Assembly (NCBI GenBank): GCA_965287045.1
Contig: OZ336903.1
Coordinates: 1,116,001-1,180,000 of the forward strand
Reading direction: 5' to 3'
Length of the DNA stretch: 64,000 nt
Source of the DNA: Carcharhinus amblyrhynchos
Taxonomy: Eukaryota
Shown in pieces: positions 51,401 to 64,000 of the stretch (the stretch's first letter is position 1; the number at the start of each line of letters is the position of its first letter). A program made the position numbers and the translations under genes. The notes under the pieces were generated by a model. The model had not been told where the DNA came from. It searched no databases and saw only the letters and a list, made by a program, of their open reading frames with translations.

Positions 51401-54400
51401 GTTTTTCAGTATTTTTTTTGCCATGCATTTTTCAACAGGTTTTTGTAGCTCACACTTATGTATTGGACTAATCAGAAAATGCTGCAAATATCAAATAGCT
51501 TAGCAGCATCAGAGGGCCACGAAATAGACGTAACCTTTCACATAGCGACCTGTGCTGGAAATTGCTGCTAAAATCTCCAGAAGCCCCCTTGTTTACTCAA
51601 TGAATTCAACTTCAAAAGCATCTAAAAACGTGAATGCAATCAAAACATTTCTAAATAATCGTGCACCTTCTAGTTCAGCAGCAGGGACCCACCACTCGTA
51701 CAGACCTGAACTCACTCCCACCCGCTCCCCTCCTACACCACCACCAGCCCTGACTCTTTGATCTTCATCGGATTCGCTTCAGTCAATAAAAAAAAGCTTC
51801 AAAATATCATGGCCATTTTCAAAGACATCATTTCTCTCCACCACTGATCCTGCCCCAACAGATCAAGCCCACCAGCCCAAGCGTCCATGATAACCAGCGC
51901 CAATGAATCCACTTAAGGGTTTCGATTTCCGTCACATCTGATACTTTTTTTTTGCAGCAAACCTTTCTACATCCTTGTTTAATGGTCATGATATTAACGA
52001 AAGGGATACAGTATTGGAATTCCAGCTTCAAACCTCCCTCACTCCTTTCTCCTTGTCTGTTGAAACCCACTCCTCTGATCAATACATTAGTCGCTCTTGC
52101 CGATCTTAACTTTATTTATGTTGGTCTCAATTTACTGCCGGAAAGGGCCGGAAAGTGGAACTGAGCCACGACAGATCAGCCATGATCTTATTGAATGGCG
52201 GGGCAGGCTCGAAGGGCCAGATGGCCTACTCCTGCTCCTATTTCTTATGTTCTTATGTTCTTATGAAATGAGCAAAATTGTTTAATGTGTCAAAATAGTT
52301 CAAACGAACTACGAGTTCACCCCAGCCCGCAAGCCCCCCCCCCCCCCACCGCCAACCCCGCAATGTCGTCCTGTTCTGCATACCCGCCTCATTGTCAAAC
52401 ATCTCATCTACGTTCTCCACAGGGGAAAAAAAATGAATTATATTTCCCGTTGACCAAGATTATATTTTTCCCTTTTTCGGGTCTGGAAAAGTGACCTGTT
52501 TATTCACCTGAGCACAGAACCCCTACGCCGATGCTGTCACTTCGATGCGGGTTCAATGAGAATGTGCTGCACTTCCGGAGATGCGATTCGTTTCCTTCAC
52601 ACTGGACATCATTCACCCACACAGGCCCTTCACCCTCTCCGTACTTTGAATTGTTATAGGCGGTTACCGCTTCGCCGCAGCCCAGCTGTCTACAGGTCAC
52701 ATTAGCGTCATTCAGATCCCAGAGGCTGTCCTGCACTCTGCCCCAGCTGTGGTTGTAGTAAATCTCCACTCGCCCATCACACCGACTTCCCCCATTCATC
52801 AATCTCAGTGACCAGTTTTCATCTAGGGATATAAAGGCATGGAGAACAGTGGTTACAGTGCAGCAAATTATATCAAATTGATATTACCTCCCACCAGGCC
52901 AGCTCCCCCGGTGCAGAGGTGAAGGATGTGATGAGAGGCTGCTGAGCACAGTCAGACAGGAAGCTGAACACCCAGCGTGGCTGCTCTGAATCTGAAGCAA
53001 ATATATTGATAGACAGAGGGATAATAAATGTTTATGGAATTCGAGGATGGGCCAACATTTGGGCGGTAAAATATAGAAATATCCTCTTTAATCCCAGCAC
53101 CACTTGTTTTCATTATCTTGATTTAGGGACTCACCTGAGCAGATGACACTGACGTCATTTCCATGTGAGCAGGTAAACTCTTCCACGGATGAAACCGGAC
53201 ACTCCCACAACCAGGATTCATTCCCGTGGCAGTTGAGGTTCTCCTTCCACATTGTCCCACTTCCCTTCCCAAAGGCTGCGCCTCTCAGGATGTTCTCTAC
53301 CACTCCACACTGAAGATGCTCACAGACCACACTGGCGTCTTCTAAATCAAAGTAAACATCACAGAGCGTCCCCCAGTGTTCTCCATGCGGCACTTCCACA
53401 CGGCCGGAGCACCTGTCCTTTCCACCAACCAATCTCGGCCCAGGGTTTTCTGTTTCAGGAATAAGCAAAGACCCAAATAATTTATACACCGGAATTTGCA
53501 GAACACACACCAGTTTATTTTTGTAAACGGGAAAACATACTTCATACTGGCATTCATAATCATTGCCCAATAATCATAAAAGATCACATCGACCTAATTA
53601 ATACAATTTGTGATGCTTTTAGGAAGGTGCTTCAACCCAAACAGAGCAGTCCATGCTGAAGAGAAAACGAACGTGTCATTGGCAGAATAGACTGTTTTTG
53701 GGCCAGATCCAGTATATAATTTAAATAAAATGCACTGTGTTTAAGCATTGCATTATGATGCGATTATTAAAAAATCTATATCTTCTGGAGCAATAAGCTG
53801 ACCATAAAATGGTAAGTGCACCCCCAAAATTAGACAGAATCTCGGACCGGCTAATTCAGGAAATAAACGTCTTTCGAAAAATTACTGTATTATTCTGGAG
53901 GTTCTGTCCACCATTGACACGTTATCCATGCTTTGAAATCTCCTCTAGACATTAGTACTTTTTTTTCCACCTGAAGAACTGCATGGAAACCGTACCCGTG
54001 CAATGCCTTTACTGAGCTCATTCAAGTCTGCACTCACCGGAACAGATCACACTGACGTCGTTCCTGTGGGTGCACTCGGACCGATTTACAGGAACAATGG
54101 GACAGTCTGTCAGGCTTGTCTCGCTGCCATCACATTCAAATCTATCGTTCCATATAAGTCCAGCGCCCTCCCCAAAATAAGCCCCTCTTCGAATGGAAAC
54201 GGCCACTCCACACTGCAGCTCAGCACAGATCACTGTGGCGGTATTCCAATCCAAGTCAAGGTCACACACTGTACCAGATTCTCTATCGTTATGGATCTCC
54301 AATCTGCCGGAACATGGGACAGCTCCGGATACTAGTTTTGGAAACCTGTGGGCTGAACAACAACAAATCACAAAACACTAATTATTATCAAAAGGTTAAT

Positions 54401-57400
54401 TAGATTGTATCATGACTGGTTCTGAATGTTGTTCCCCTTAGTTGCCTCCTTATCGAAAAGTGGAATTGTCGAGTCAAAAACGTGGGATACGACCTGTATT
54501 AAATCCTCTGTCGGTGATACTCAACGGGCTGAATGCCCTTCTTCTGCATGAAGAAATTCTATAATTAAAGATCTTTCATCAAGTTCAGTAGGTTTCAACT
54601 GATACTCTCTCCAGAAGCCGAATTCATTCTTACAGCGAGTCCCCTGGAACACTCTTTCCCCAACTCCCGTTGAGTTGAACCAACTGCTGGTTTATCTGAA
54701 TAAATTCTGAGTACAACTGCCCCCTACCGCCCGTTGATGGGAAAAATCACAAAGCGCAACAAGCGGACCAGAATCAATATATCGAATTATTTACCCAGGG
54801 GCGTTCTAACTGATCGGCATCGAACAAAATTCTATATTTGTTTTTCGGCGCGGAAACGTGTTGGGAATGAACGTTCTGAAAGGACTTCAACCAGAAATGA
54901 AACAGTGGATCCCGGAATGTCCAAATAATGATGAGCAAACTACACTCGACCTTTATTCAGCGTCTATGAGCACAGGTCTCAAAATGTGAAGCCAGATGCA
55001 TAGCATAATCAGAAATCCTCCTGGAATTTTAGTATTTCTATTTTGACAGCTATAATATGAAGGGGGAGAGTTTCTGCTTCAAGTTTCAGTAACTTTGCTC
55101 AGTCTATATCTGGAATGCGACAAACAATTTCGGGAACGGCAACCTTGTAAGGATCTCCTGTTCTGGAAAACAGTCCATTGCGAGTGTCCCAGGCTACTGG
55201 TTACTGAGTCTAGACAACATCTCCTTCTATCAGTTTACAAAGTGTGAAATCTATCTGAATCTGCAGCAGTTTTAAATATTAAAACAACTAATCTCCCTTC
55301 ACTTTATTTTGGAGGAAGTATCGACTCCCACACATTTGTTTAAAATCCAACCTCCTGTACAATTTGATCCGGCACAATTTATTCAAATCCAACGGAACAC
55401 TCCACCAATAACATATCTGATCTCTCTCCCTGACAAACTCTCAAGGGAAACTCCGTCCGAAAAAAAACAACACACGGGGAAAATCAGATTAAAAAAGCTG
55501 GAATTCGTCAGGTTCAGGGAGTGAGAAGGAGACAAGTTTCCAAATAGGATCAAACATTTTGAGAAGAGGATTTACATGACAGTTATTAAAACGACACGCC
55601 TGGAGAGACAGGGGATATCCAGCCAGTCCCCTCTCACACAAAATCAGAAAATGTTGGAACAATTCAGCAGCTGTGGAAGAATTAGTGGCGAGGGAAGAAT
55701 AGAGAGAAGTTTCCAGTCCGCATGACTCTCCTCCAGACCCTTCCCATCCTCACTCCGCTCTTGGAACACCTTCAATCTGGCCACTGATTGCTGCTCTGAA
55801 AGTAGCCGCAGTGACTGGATAAGCGCTCTATGGCCTCCGCAATCAATAGTCAGTAAATGTCAAACACATGGACCGAGACACCCGGATTTAATTCAGAGAC
55901 AGCCCCAATTCTGACCGAGTGCCGAATGGTCCGGACTCCGCTTAAATGTACCTCTGTACACAGCCAGCCATTCAGTGCATGCCTGACCTTTTGACTCTGC
56001 ACAGGCAAGATCCGGACATGTTAGCACACTGGGACCTCCCTCGACCACCTCCTCCCTCCTCATTCTCCGCACGCCTATCTGCGCCAAGCCCGCTCCCCCA
56101 CATTCTCCCCTCTCCCACCATATTTGCTGTCAGGCCTGTCTGTGTGTCCAGGCGTGTGGTTGTGTCGGTTGAGGCATTCGGGGAGGGGTGTTTGTGGAGA
56201 CCTCGAAGGTTTGGAGGATGGGGAGGCCTCCGTTTGTACCTCTCGGGAGGGATTACATTTTCGTCTGAGTGAACAACTTCTGGACCCCGATGGAAAACAA
56301 TCAGCATTAAGAATTGAGCGATTTGGAGTAAAGTTGAAATAGCAGAACAAACCAAATGCTGCGGATACATGAAGATAAACGATTTCTCAGCAGAAGCCTG
56401 ATTGTTGTCCAGGATTTGCTCTGTGTGGCCCTGGAATGCTTCATTATTTGTTGAATGGTGATCGGAACTGAACAGTGAGGAACCAGGAGCGAACAACTCC
56501 TCTCCTGAACACAGCTAACAGCAAGCGCTCAGCTCAAGGACACAGTTGTGGAAATTTTTAATCACTCTCTTTAGTCAGAAATCATAGAATACTACAGTGC
56601 AGGAAGAGGCCATTCTGCCCACCGAGTCTGCACCAAACACAATCCCACCGAGGCCCAATCCCTATATCCAAACACAATTATCCACTAATCCCTCTAACCT
56701 GTGCATCCCGGGACACTCAGGGCAATTTAGAATGGCCAATCAACCCAGCCCGTACATCTTTGGACTCTCTTTGCTGTGACTTTATTATAAACTTGAAATC
56801 TGGTGTTAATGTAACAACACTTCTACTTTCAGAATATTGAAATTGTTCACCACTCTCTTTACCGTCTCCGAATACTTTATGCGCCCTTTCCAGGAGAGCA
56901 GGCTGGAGACGGTGGACAGATTTTTTTTTACCTGAGCAAATCACGCCGACATCATAGGAGTGCGAATAGCCAGAGTAAGGATTGTGGCGAAGGTCACCCC
57001 ATGGATCTGAGCGACATTTCCGCAGGGCGGTCTCGGTCCCTTCGCACTCAACTTCTGTCGTCACAATGGATCCGGATCCTTCCCCAAAGTGAGCCCCGCG
57101 GGGTGCAGAGAGCGCGGTCCCACAGCCCAGCTCCCTGCAAACAACATCGCCGTCCCGCTGGTCCCAGTCAGTATCATCCACAGTCCCCCACTGTCCCCTG
57201 TAGTAAATCTCCACTCTCCCAGCGCACCGACTCTGCCCATTCGCCAGTCTCAGCTTCACCGCCTCTGTAAAATACCAAAAAAAAACAGTTCGTCGCCAGC
57301 TGATGCAACATGAACCAAACCAAGCATCGAATGTCTCCAGGATCTCAACAAGCTCTTTGATGGGTATAAGTGTTTTAGGCATGATAGGGGAGGGTCGAAA

Positions 57401-60400
57401 AGAGGAGGGGGAGTGGCGCTGAAAATTAGGGAGCACATCACAGCGGTGCAGAGGGAGGACAATATAGGGGTTCGGAATTGAGTCTCTGTGGGTGGAGTTG
57501 AGGAATAGGAAGGGAGCGATTACTATGCTAGGGGTGCACTACAGACCGCCCGACAGCCCGCGGGCAGTGGAAGAGGGTATGTGTAGAGACATTTTGGATT
57601 AGTGTAGGAAGAACAAGGTTGTCGTAGTGGGAGATTTTGATCTCCCTGAGGGGGATTGGAAGGTGCCTGGAGCTGGGGGTTCGGACGGGGAGGAGTTCGT
57701 AAGATGTGTATTGGAAGGGTCCTTGGAGCAGTATGTAGATAGCCCGACTAGAGAGGGGGCTATACTGGATTTAGTTCTGGGCAATGAGCCGGGTCAGGTG
57801 ATTGAAGTTGCGGTAGGTGAACATGTGGCTAATAGTGACCACAACCCTGTCTACTTTAGGATACTAATGGAAAAAGATGAGTCTTGTCCTAAGGGCGGGT
57901 GCTAAATTGGGGAAAGGCTAGATAAAACCGGATTAGGCAGGAGCTTATGGATACAGACTGGGAGAGGTTGTTGGAGGACAAGTCCACGTTAGGCATGTGG
58001 GAGTCTTTCAAGGGAAAACTGAAATGGGTGCAAGAAAGACATGTGCCGGTTAAGAGGAAGGATGGGAAAGGTAGAATTAGAGAGCCGTGGATCACTAGAG
58101 ATATTGACGACTTGGTCAGGAAGAAACGAAAGGCGTATGTTAGGTTTAAGCAACTGGGAATGGAGAGAGCAGTGGAGGAAGACAGAGCGAGTAGGTGGGA
58201 TCTCAAAAGGGGAGTTAGGAGGGCAAAAAGGGGGCATGAAATGGCTTTGGCAGACAGGATTAAGGACAATCCAAAGGCGTTTTACTCTTATGTTCAGAAC
58301 AAAAAGGTGGCTAGGGGAGAAATCGGTCCTCTCAGGGACAGACGAGGGGAATTGTGCTTAGAGTCCAAGGGAATGGTGGGATCCCGAATAAATACTTTGC
58401 GTCTGTATTCACGAAGGAGAGGGGCTTGATGTCTGGTACAGTCTTCGAGGGAGCTGTCGACCAATTGAAGGAATTATCCATTACAAGGGAAGAAGTGTTA
58501 GGGCATTAGGTAGCATTAAAACTGGTAAATCTCCGGGGCCTGATGGCATTTATCCCAGGCTGCTTAAGGAGGCGAGAGATGAAATTGCTGGGCCTCTGAC
58601 ACAGATCTTTGTCTCTTCTTTGGACACAGGTGAGGTCCCAGAGGACTGGAGGATAGCGAACGTTGTACCGTTCTTTAAAAAGGGTTGGAGGGATAACCCG
58701 GGTAACTATAGGATGGTGAGTTTGACGTCAGTGGTAGGCAAGTTGATGGAGAGGATTCTTAGGGATAGAATGTATGAGCATTTAGAGCGTTGCAATCTGA
58801 TTAGGGATACGCAGCATGGCTTTGTAAAGGGAAGTCTTGCCTTCCGAATCTGGTTGAATTTTTGAGGAGGTGACAAAAACGGTCGACGAAGGACGAGCCG
58901 TTGATGTCGTCTATATGGATTTCAGTAAGGCGTTTGACAAAGTCCCTCATGGTAGGTTCATTGAAGTGATTAAGGCTCATGGGATACAAGGCCAGGCATC
59001 TAGATGGGATGAGAACTGGCTTGCAAAGAGGAGACAGAGAGTAGTAGTGGAAGGGTCCTTTTCTAGCTGGAAGTCTGCCACTAGTGGTGTGCCGCAGGGC
59101 TCAGTACTGGGACCTCTTCTTTTGGTAGGATATATAAATGACTTGGAAGGGAGAGGAAGTGGTGTGATCAGCAAATTTGCAGATGACACTAAGATGGCTG
59201 GATTGGCGGGCAGTGAGGAGCAGTGTCTGGCAATACAACGGGACATTGATAGGCTGGTATATTGGGCAGGTACATGGCAAATGGAGTTTAATCCGGATAA
59301 ATGTGAGGTGATGCATTTTGGCCGGAATAATGTAGCGGGGAGTTATATGATAAAAGGTAAACCTATAACGAGTACAGAAACGCAGCGGGACCTGGGGGTG
59401 CAAGTGCACAAGTCTTTGAAGGTGGCAGTACAAGTGGAGAAGGTTGTGAAGAAAGCTTATGGTATGTTAGCTTTTGTAGGAACGCGTATAGAGTATAAGA
59501 GCTGGAGTCCAATGTTGCAGTTGTATAGAACGTTGGTTAGGCCGCATTTGGAGTACTGCGTCCAGTTCTGGTCGCCTTACTAGCGGAAGAACGTGGAGAC
59601 TCTGGAGAGAGTGCAGAGGAGGTTTAACAGGATGTTGCCTCGTATGGAAGGACTGGGTTATGAGGAAAGTTTAAGCAAATTGGGGCTGTTTTGCCTTGAA
59701 AAACGGCGACTGAGGGGGAATCTAATAGAGGTATATAAGATTATGAAGGGTATACATAGAGTAAACAGTGGTAAGCTATTTCCTATGTTACAGACGCACA
59801 ATACGAGGGTCCACGGATTAGGGTGAGGAGGGAGAGGTATAACACGGATAATAGAGGGAGGCTTTTCACACAGAGGGTAGTGGGGGTATGGAATGCTCTG
59901 CCAAGCAAGGTGGTGGAGGCAGGCACGCTGGAGTTGTTTAAGGGTTACTTAGACAGGCACATGAGTGGGTTGGAGATGGGAGGATATAGGAGATTGTTTT
60001 AAAAAAGGTTCATTAGCATAGGGACGTCCCTTGTAATGTATAAGGATGTGGTATGATACAAAGGTTTTTCTCTTTTAATTCACAGTCGGTCTGCCTTGTT
60101 GTCCAACGAGCGGCATACACGCGATAGGTCGTACTTGGCCTGCTCTTGAATGTTCGAGATTAGCCTAGTGCTTCATGTCGTTAGTGTGTGCTTAAACTGG
60201 ACCAGATGCTGGGCAACACGACAGCTCAGTGACTATCACTGTTTGCTGTACAGACACATGGATTTGGGCCGGTGTCTGTGGGAGTTTGTGCATTCTCCCC
60301 GTGCTTGCGTGGGTTTTCTCCGGGTGCTCCGGTTTCCCCCCGCACCCCAAAGATATGCTATTAGGCTGATTGGAGGTAATAAATTGTCCCTAAATTAGTT

Positions 60401-61206
60401 TCCCTCAATGTGGAATGTCATAAGCATAGATAAGGGTCATGGGTGGAGGGGGGACTGGTAATGTTAAAATGGCGGGGCGGGCTCGTTGGGCCGAAGGGCC
60501 TTTTCCAGGGCTGTTTTTGCTCTTTTGTTCTTTGTAATATGATACATATGAAGCGGGAATATGGATTGAAGGTGGGAACCATTCGTAAATCAGTTGGAAG
60601 TTGGAAGCATCATTCGGCTGCGTCAGGGACGAGTTTCGATAGGTGTTTGATTGATTCAATCCACACAACTCAAGACCGCCATGGTCCACGGTCCACCATA
60701 CTGCCTGGTCTAATATAGTGGAATCCCAATCCGAGTGTGGATTCGGCATCTGTCACCGCTGTTGAACCCGGGCCGCCCTGCTGCAGCCGGCTGAATGGGA
60801 CAGTCAGGTCGTCTCCAGCCCTTCCCGGGGCGGGAAGATGGGGCGAGTTCTCGGCGGAACCCTAATTTACCCGTGGTGGAAGAGCCATAGAATCACAGTG
60901 CATTTCAGCACTGGCTGGTAACTCGGGAAGTGAAAATGTATTTGCAAACGGCAGCGGGGCCACGTTGCCTCTCACCCTCCTCCTCGGGGACCTTATTTAT
61001 TGCCGTTCTGAATTAAAGATTTTCAGGAAAACATTGCAAGAACACTTTCCTTCACAACTGACATTGAACCAAACCATTGAACGCGAAGATACTGAAATTG
61101 TCTCAGGGATTTATCATTCAGTTGGATGGATTAGTGCAGTAAAATGTCAGATATGAACTTGGAGGGTGATTACCTGATGGATCAGCCTGGCTGTTCCCTG
61201 GTCTGC
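42424..61206 (-). CDS. SRCR gene B: paralog of gene A, 7 SRCR domains, TM, Tyr tail (leader exon beyond window)
   Basis: Exons (-): 61174-61206, 56932-57264, 54038-54352, 53135-53449, 52508-52822, 50751-51065, 49934-50251, 49792-49848, 49394-49702, 49228-49254, 48945-49061, 47838-47945, 44669-44779, 43975-44106, 42424-42470. All are phase-1 AG/GT and open. AATAAA at 42064-42069 (-). Confidence 0.9.
46295..46510 (-). mobile_element. Degraded DeuSINE/SacSINE1-like SINE
   Basis: CAGCACTGCA..TGTCAGACTTGATTT..GAGTTCTGGAATGGAACTTGGACC..TCTGAGTCAGAGGCAAGA resembles the recalled reverse strand of the SacSINE1 head. Confidence 0.5.
48945..49061 (-). CDS. Gene B transmembrane exon
   Basis: [39 protein letters not shown]. 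Confidence 0.9.
49394..49702 (-). CDS. Gene B SRCR domain 7
   Basis: ORF 49299-49763. Confidence 0.95.
49934..50251 (-). CDS. Gene B SRCR domain 6
   Basis: ORF 49902-50270. Confidence 0.95.
50751..51065 (-). CDS. Gene B SRCR domain 5
   Basis: ORF 50722-51015 extended to the acceptor at 51066. Confidence 0.95.
52135..52265 (+). mobile_element. Young CR1 3' tail, arm B-specific
   Basis: GGAAAGTGGAACTGAGCCACGACAGATCAGCC..(TTCTTATG)n. Confidence 0.88.
52508..52822 (-). CDS. Gene B SRCR domain 4
   Basis: ORF 52500-52802. Confidence 0.95.
53135..53449 (-). CDS. Gene B SRCR domain 3
   Basis: ORF 53088-53570. Confidence 0.95.
54038..54352 (-). CDS. Gene B SRCR domain 2
   Basis: ORF 54018-54371. 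Confidence 0.95.
56932..57264 (-). CDS. Gene B SRCR domain 1 (a-type, 6-aa longer loop)
   Basis: [44 protein letters not shown]. Confidence 0.95.
57356..60140 (+). mobile_element. 5'-truncated CR1 LINE (APE endonuclease + RT), pseudogenised, arm B-specific
   Basis: EN motifs GDFD/ILDLVL/SDHN (57627 ORF); RT motifs [46 protein letters not shown]; stops and frameshifts between the ORFs. Confidence 0.95.
60240..60535 (+). mobile_element. V-SINE-like element, arm B-specific
   Basis: GGAGTTTGTGCATTCTCCCCGTGCTTGCGTGGGTTTTCTCCGGGTGCTCCGGTTTCC core; GGGCCGAAGGGCC tail. Confidence 0.8.
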
Positions 61207-63559
61207 CTGAAATGAAATTTTGAAAATTAGTCTTTGCTGGAACACGAGATGAATGAAACTGCCAAAACGATACATCATAAAGTCAACACCGAGGATCTGT
61301 GTTATTCCTTCAGTGTATGATTTGCAAACACTTGATGTTAAAACATTTTAGTGAAATTTCCATACCCATAATATTATGGCCTATGAATATCCTGATCTCA
61401 TTTTTTTTTATATATGTGTATTTTAACCAAGTGTTATGTATTCCCAAACAGTAATATTTTGTATCAGTCAAATCTCCGAATCACTTGTAATCCCGAGTTT
61501 ACATAAGAGAATCAACAGGGCAGTGACTTTGTCTCCGGTTAGATTGCTGAAAATTATGACTTGATACACAGAGTAACAATGATAAATTTACTCGAATATC
61601 TCTGCACCACCATCCACAATACGGACAGTGTGTCATTTATTTGCAATGCAGACAATTCTCAGCTATCCTTATTCACTCTTCACTAACAGTATCACACAAC
61701 TTCCGCTTAAGGTGAACGCATTGCCGGAATTGTGGGATAACATTTCAATATTTACTCAAAATTTCACAAGTTCTATGGTCCAACTGGAATCTCTGGACCG
61801 TCTTCCCCCATTCCGTCTTTCTATATTTTCCTCCACTTTTCAGCTTTTAGTAATTCTCCTCCTCAACCGTGGACCCATTTCATGAAGAAATTATACAGAA
61901 AAGTACAGAAACAAACGCTTCGGTCCTTCAAGTCCCTGTCCATCATGATACACAATAATAATAAGAAACATAAGCCCTATTTCCGCCCGCTTCTTTCTAT
62001 TTCCTCCTTATTCTTTTACCCACCCAGATGCCACATAAATGTTTCTCATGTGTCCGCTTCTATCACCTCCTCTGGCAGCGCGTTCCAGGCATGCACTAGC
62101 TCCTGAGCTGCTCTCACACACCTTACTTAAACTGTCCCCTTCTCACTTTACGCCTGTGCCCCCTTTCCTACTGAACAGATCACGAATGGCACCAACAAGC
62201 AGTGAAATAGAAGGTGCTGGTCATAAGCCTGATTTTCTGGAAATACCAGCCATCACCTGAATCATTTGTGTACCGTGTAGATGATACACAGCAGCAAATG
62301 GCCAAAACTCATTTGGCAGTTCATTCCAAACCCGCGATTTCTACCAGCTAGAAGTACAAGGACAGGCCTACAGCAATGCACAGAATTGCACATTCCCTTC
62401 TAAGTCGGTCAACATGCTGAGTTGGGACGATATGGGGGTTGTTTCATTCTGGTGTGAGCTCAATCCCTAATGTCTCTATCCCTGCACCAGTGCATCATGT
62501 ACTGCAGCCAGGCAGCAAAAAAACAGGTTCAGACATCAATTCCTGAAGACATCTGGGCACAGATAATAAATGCTGTCATTGTCAGGGACATTGCCTGACT
62601 TCACCAGAGATAGCATAATAATAACTAAAGTGCAAAGGCCGTGGCTGAACGTGGGGTATTAACATTATTGAAAGAGATATAGAGACATGGAAAGTTGGGT
62701 ACTGTAAAATGTAGACCCATTTCAAGATCACAAAACGTCATTAGTATAAAACAGTAAGGCAGCAGATGTATCTGCCCGTGACTGAGTATTCGATTTGCCA
62801 ACGTTTTATATTAAACTATGAGACCTTACACAGAACAAAAACATGTCAGTATTACGAGTAGAACTAATTACACAGCATCGTATTTGTAGTTCAAAACCAC
62901 CATTAAACATTGGAAACGTTGAGCTCGCAGCAGGAAGGACAGATTAGGAGTCGCTAGTGGAAGCATAATTTCCAAATATATGGCCACACAAAACTAACAC
63001 TTCCCTGACATAAGACATCACATTTAGAATATAAGCGGACATTTGCTCAAACTTTGCGAGGCAGGGTGATTTATTTCCAGGGTCTGGAGGACGAAGCTAA
63101 TGTGTAAAATGTTTCAAAACATTTTACAAATGTTTCAAAATATTTTACAAGGAAACGGTGGAGTTCGCCAATCTAGAATGAATAACGGGTTTTCATAGCT
63201 CATTATAAACAACAGAAAGCTCAATGGATATTCAGTGTGTCTGGGAAGAGACTGACAAGTATCCAGTGATTGATACACAAAGCTGATGTTAATGTCTGAT
63301 TTCGAAAGCTTTGTTTTGTTTTCTAAAACCCATTTTTCCGAATAACAACCAGAAATACTCATGCTGCAAATTCGCGCAAGAAGTCGGATTTTTCACTTCG
63401 CTATTATTTCGCTGGTGCGACTGATATTAAGTATATTGCTTGATCTGCCAGTTATAGCAACGTTGGTCCCACTTAGATTTAATATTTAACTTTTCAGTGT
63501 TTACAAACGTTCCCATTACTCCAACTGAAAATAATTTGTAAAGAATTTGTTTAACATAG

Positions 63560-64000
63560 TTTAATGTGGAAAAGTGTGAGGTAATTCACTTTGGCAGGAA
63601 TAACAGATGTGTAGAGTATAGGGCTAACGGTGGGACTCTGAATAGTGTGGATGAACAGAGGGATCTAGGTGTATGTGTACATAGATCACTGAAAGTTGGG
63701 AATCAAGTAGATAGGGTTGTTAGGAAGGCATACGTTGTCTTGGCGTTTATTGGTAGGGGGATTGAATTTTGGAGCCGCAGCGTCATGTTGCAACTGTACA
63801 AAACTTTGGTGCGGCCGCACTTGGAGTATTCTGTGCAGTTCTGGTCCCCACATTATTGGAAGGATGTGGAGGCTTTGGAGAGGGTGCAGAGGAGGTTTAC
63901 CAGGATGTTGCCTGGTATGGAGGGGAGGTCCTTTGAGGAGAGGCTGAGGGATTTGAGGTTGTTTTCGTTAGAAAGAAGGCGGCTCCGAGGGGACCTTATT
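63560..64000 (+). mobile_element. CR1 LINE RT fragment running off the window end
   Basis: [42 protein letters not shown]. Confidence 0.92.

Larger units (their letters stand above)
15630..63560. repeat. Large inverted segmental duplication: left arm ~15630-38372, right arm ~40022-63560
   Basis: Reverse-complement collinearity of all exons, introns and shared TEs, e.g. 15670-15800 vs 63380-63500, 35041-35940 vs 42480-43380, 38310-38372 vs 40022-40085. Confidence 0.95.

Noticed and set aside
57356-60140. Active or domesticated reverse transcriptase gene
   Set aside because: 5'-truncated and broken into several ORFs by stops and frameshifts (e.g. TAG at 59581).
15630-63560. Inverted duplication as an assembly artefact
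   Set aside because: The arms are substantially diverged, with private TE insertions and frame-preserving indels.

Overview
Vertebrate genomic DNA, almost certainly a shark (elasmobranch), judged by its HE1-type SINEs, HER1/CR1 LINEs, Penelope-like repeats and a shark GPR139-like GPCR. The window is dominated by a ~48 kb inverted duplication (arms ~15630-38372 and ~40022-63560, ~1.65 kb spacer) carrying two convergent (tail-to-tail), apparently intact group-B SRCR receptor genes of the CD163/SCART/WC1 family. Gene A (+) could be assembled fully by hand: 16 coding exons from ATG 13008 to TGA 35997, 963 aa. It encodes a signal peptide, seven SRCR domains, a TM helix with an embedded Glu and a tyrosine-motif cytoplasmic tail. 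Gene B (-) has 15 exons in the window; its leader exon lies beyond 64000. Domain 1 carries the hallmarks of the WC1 gamma-delta T-cell co-receptor a1 domain, domain 4 those of the SCART n domain, and the tail has the WC1-like YEEI and YDDAE motifs. The two paralogs differ in their ligand-facing loops and tyrosine motifs. The left 12 kb holds the 3' end of a GPCR, an orphan terminal exon of a third paralog, two tandem-repeat arrays and nested retroelements, including hammerhead-like motifs. Family assignments rely on recalled sequences, not database searches.
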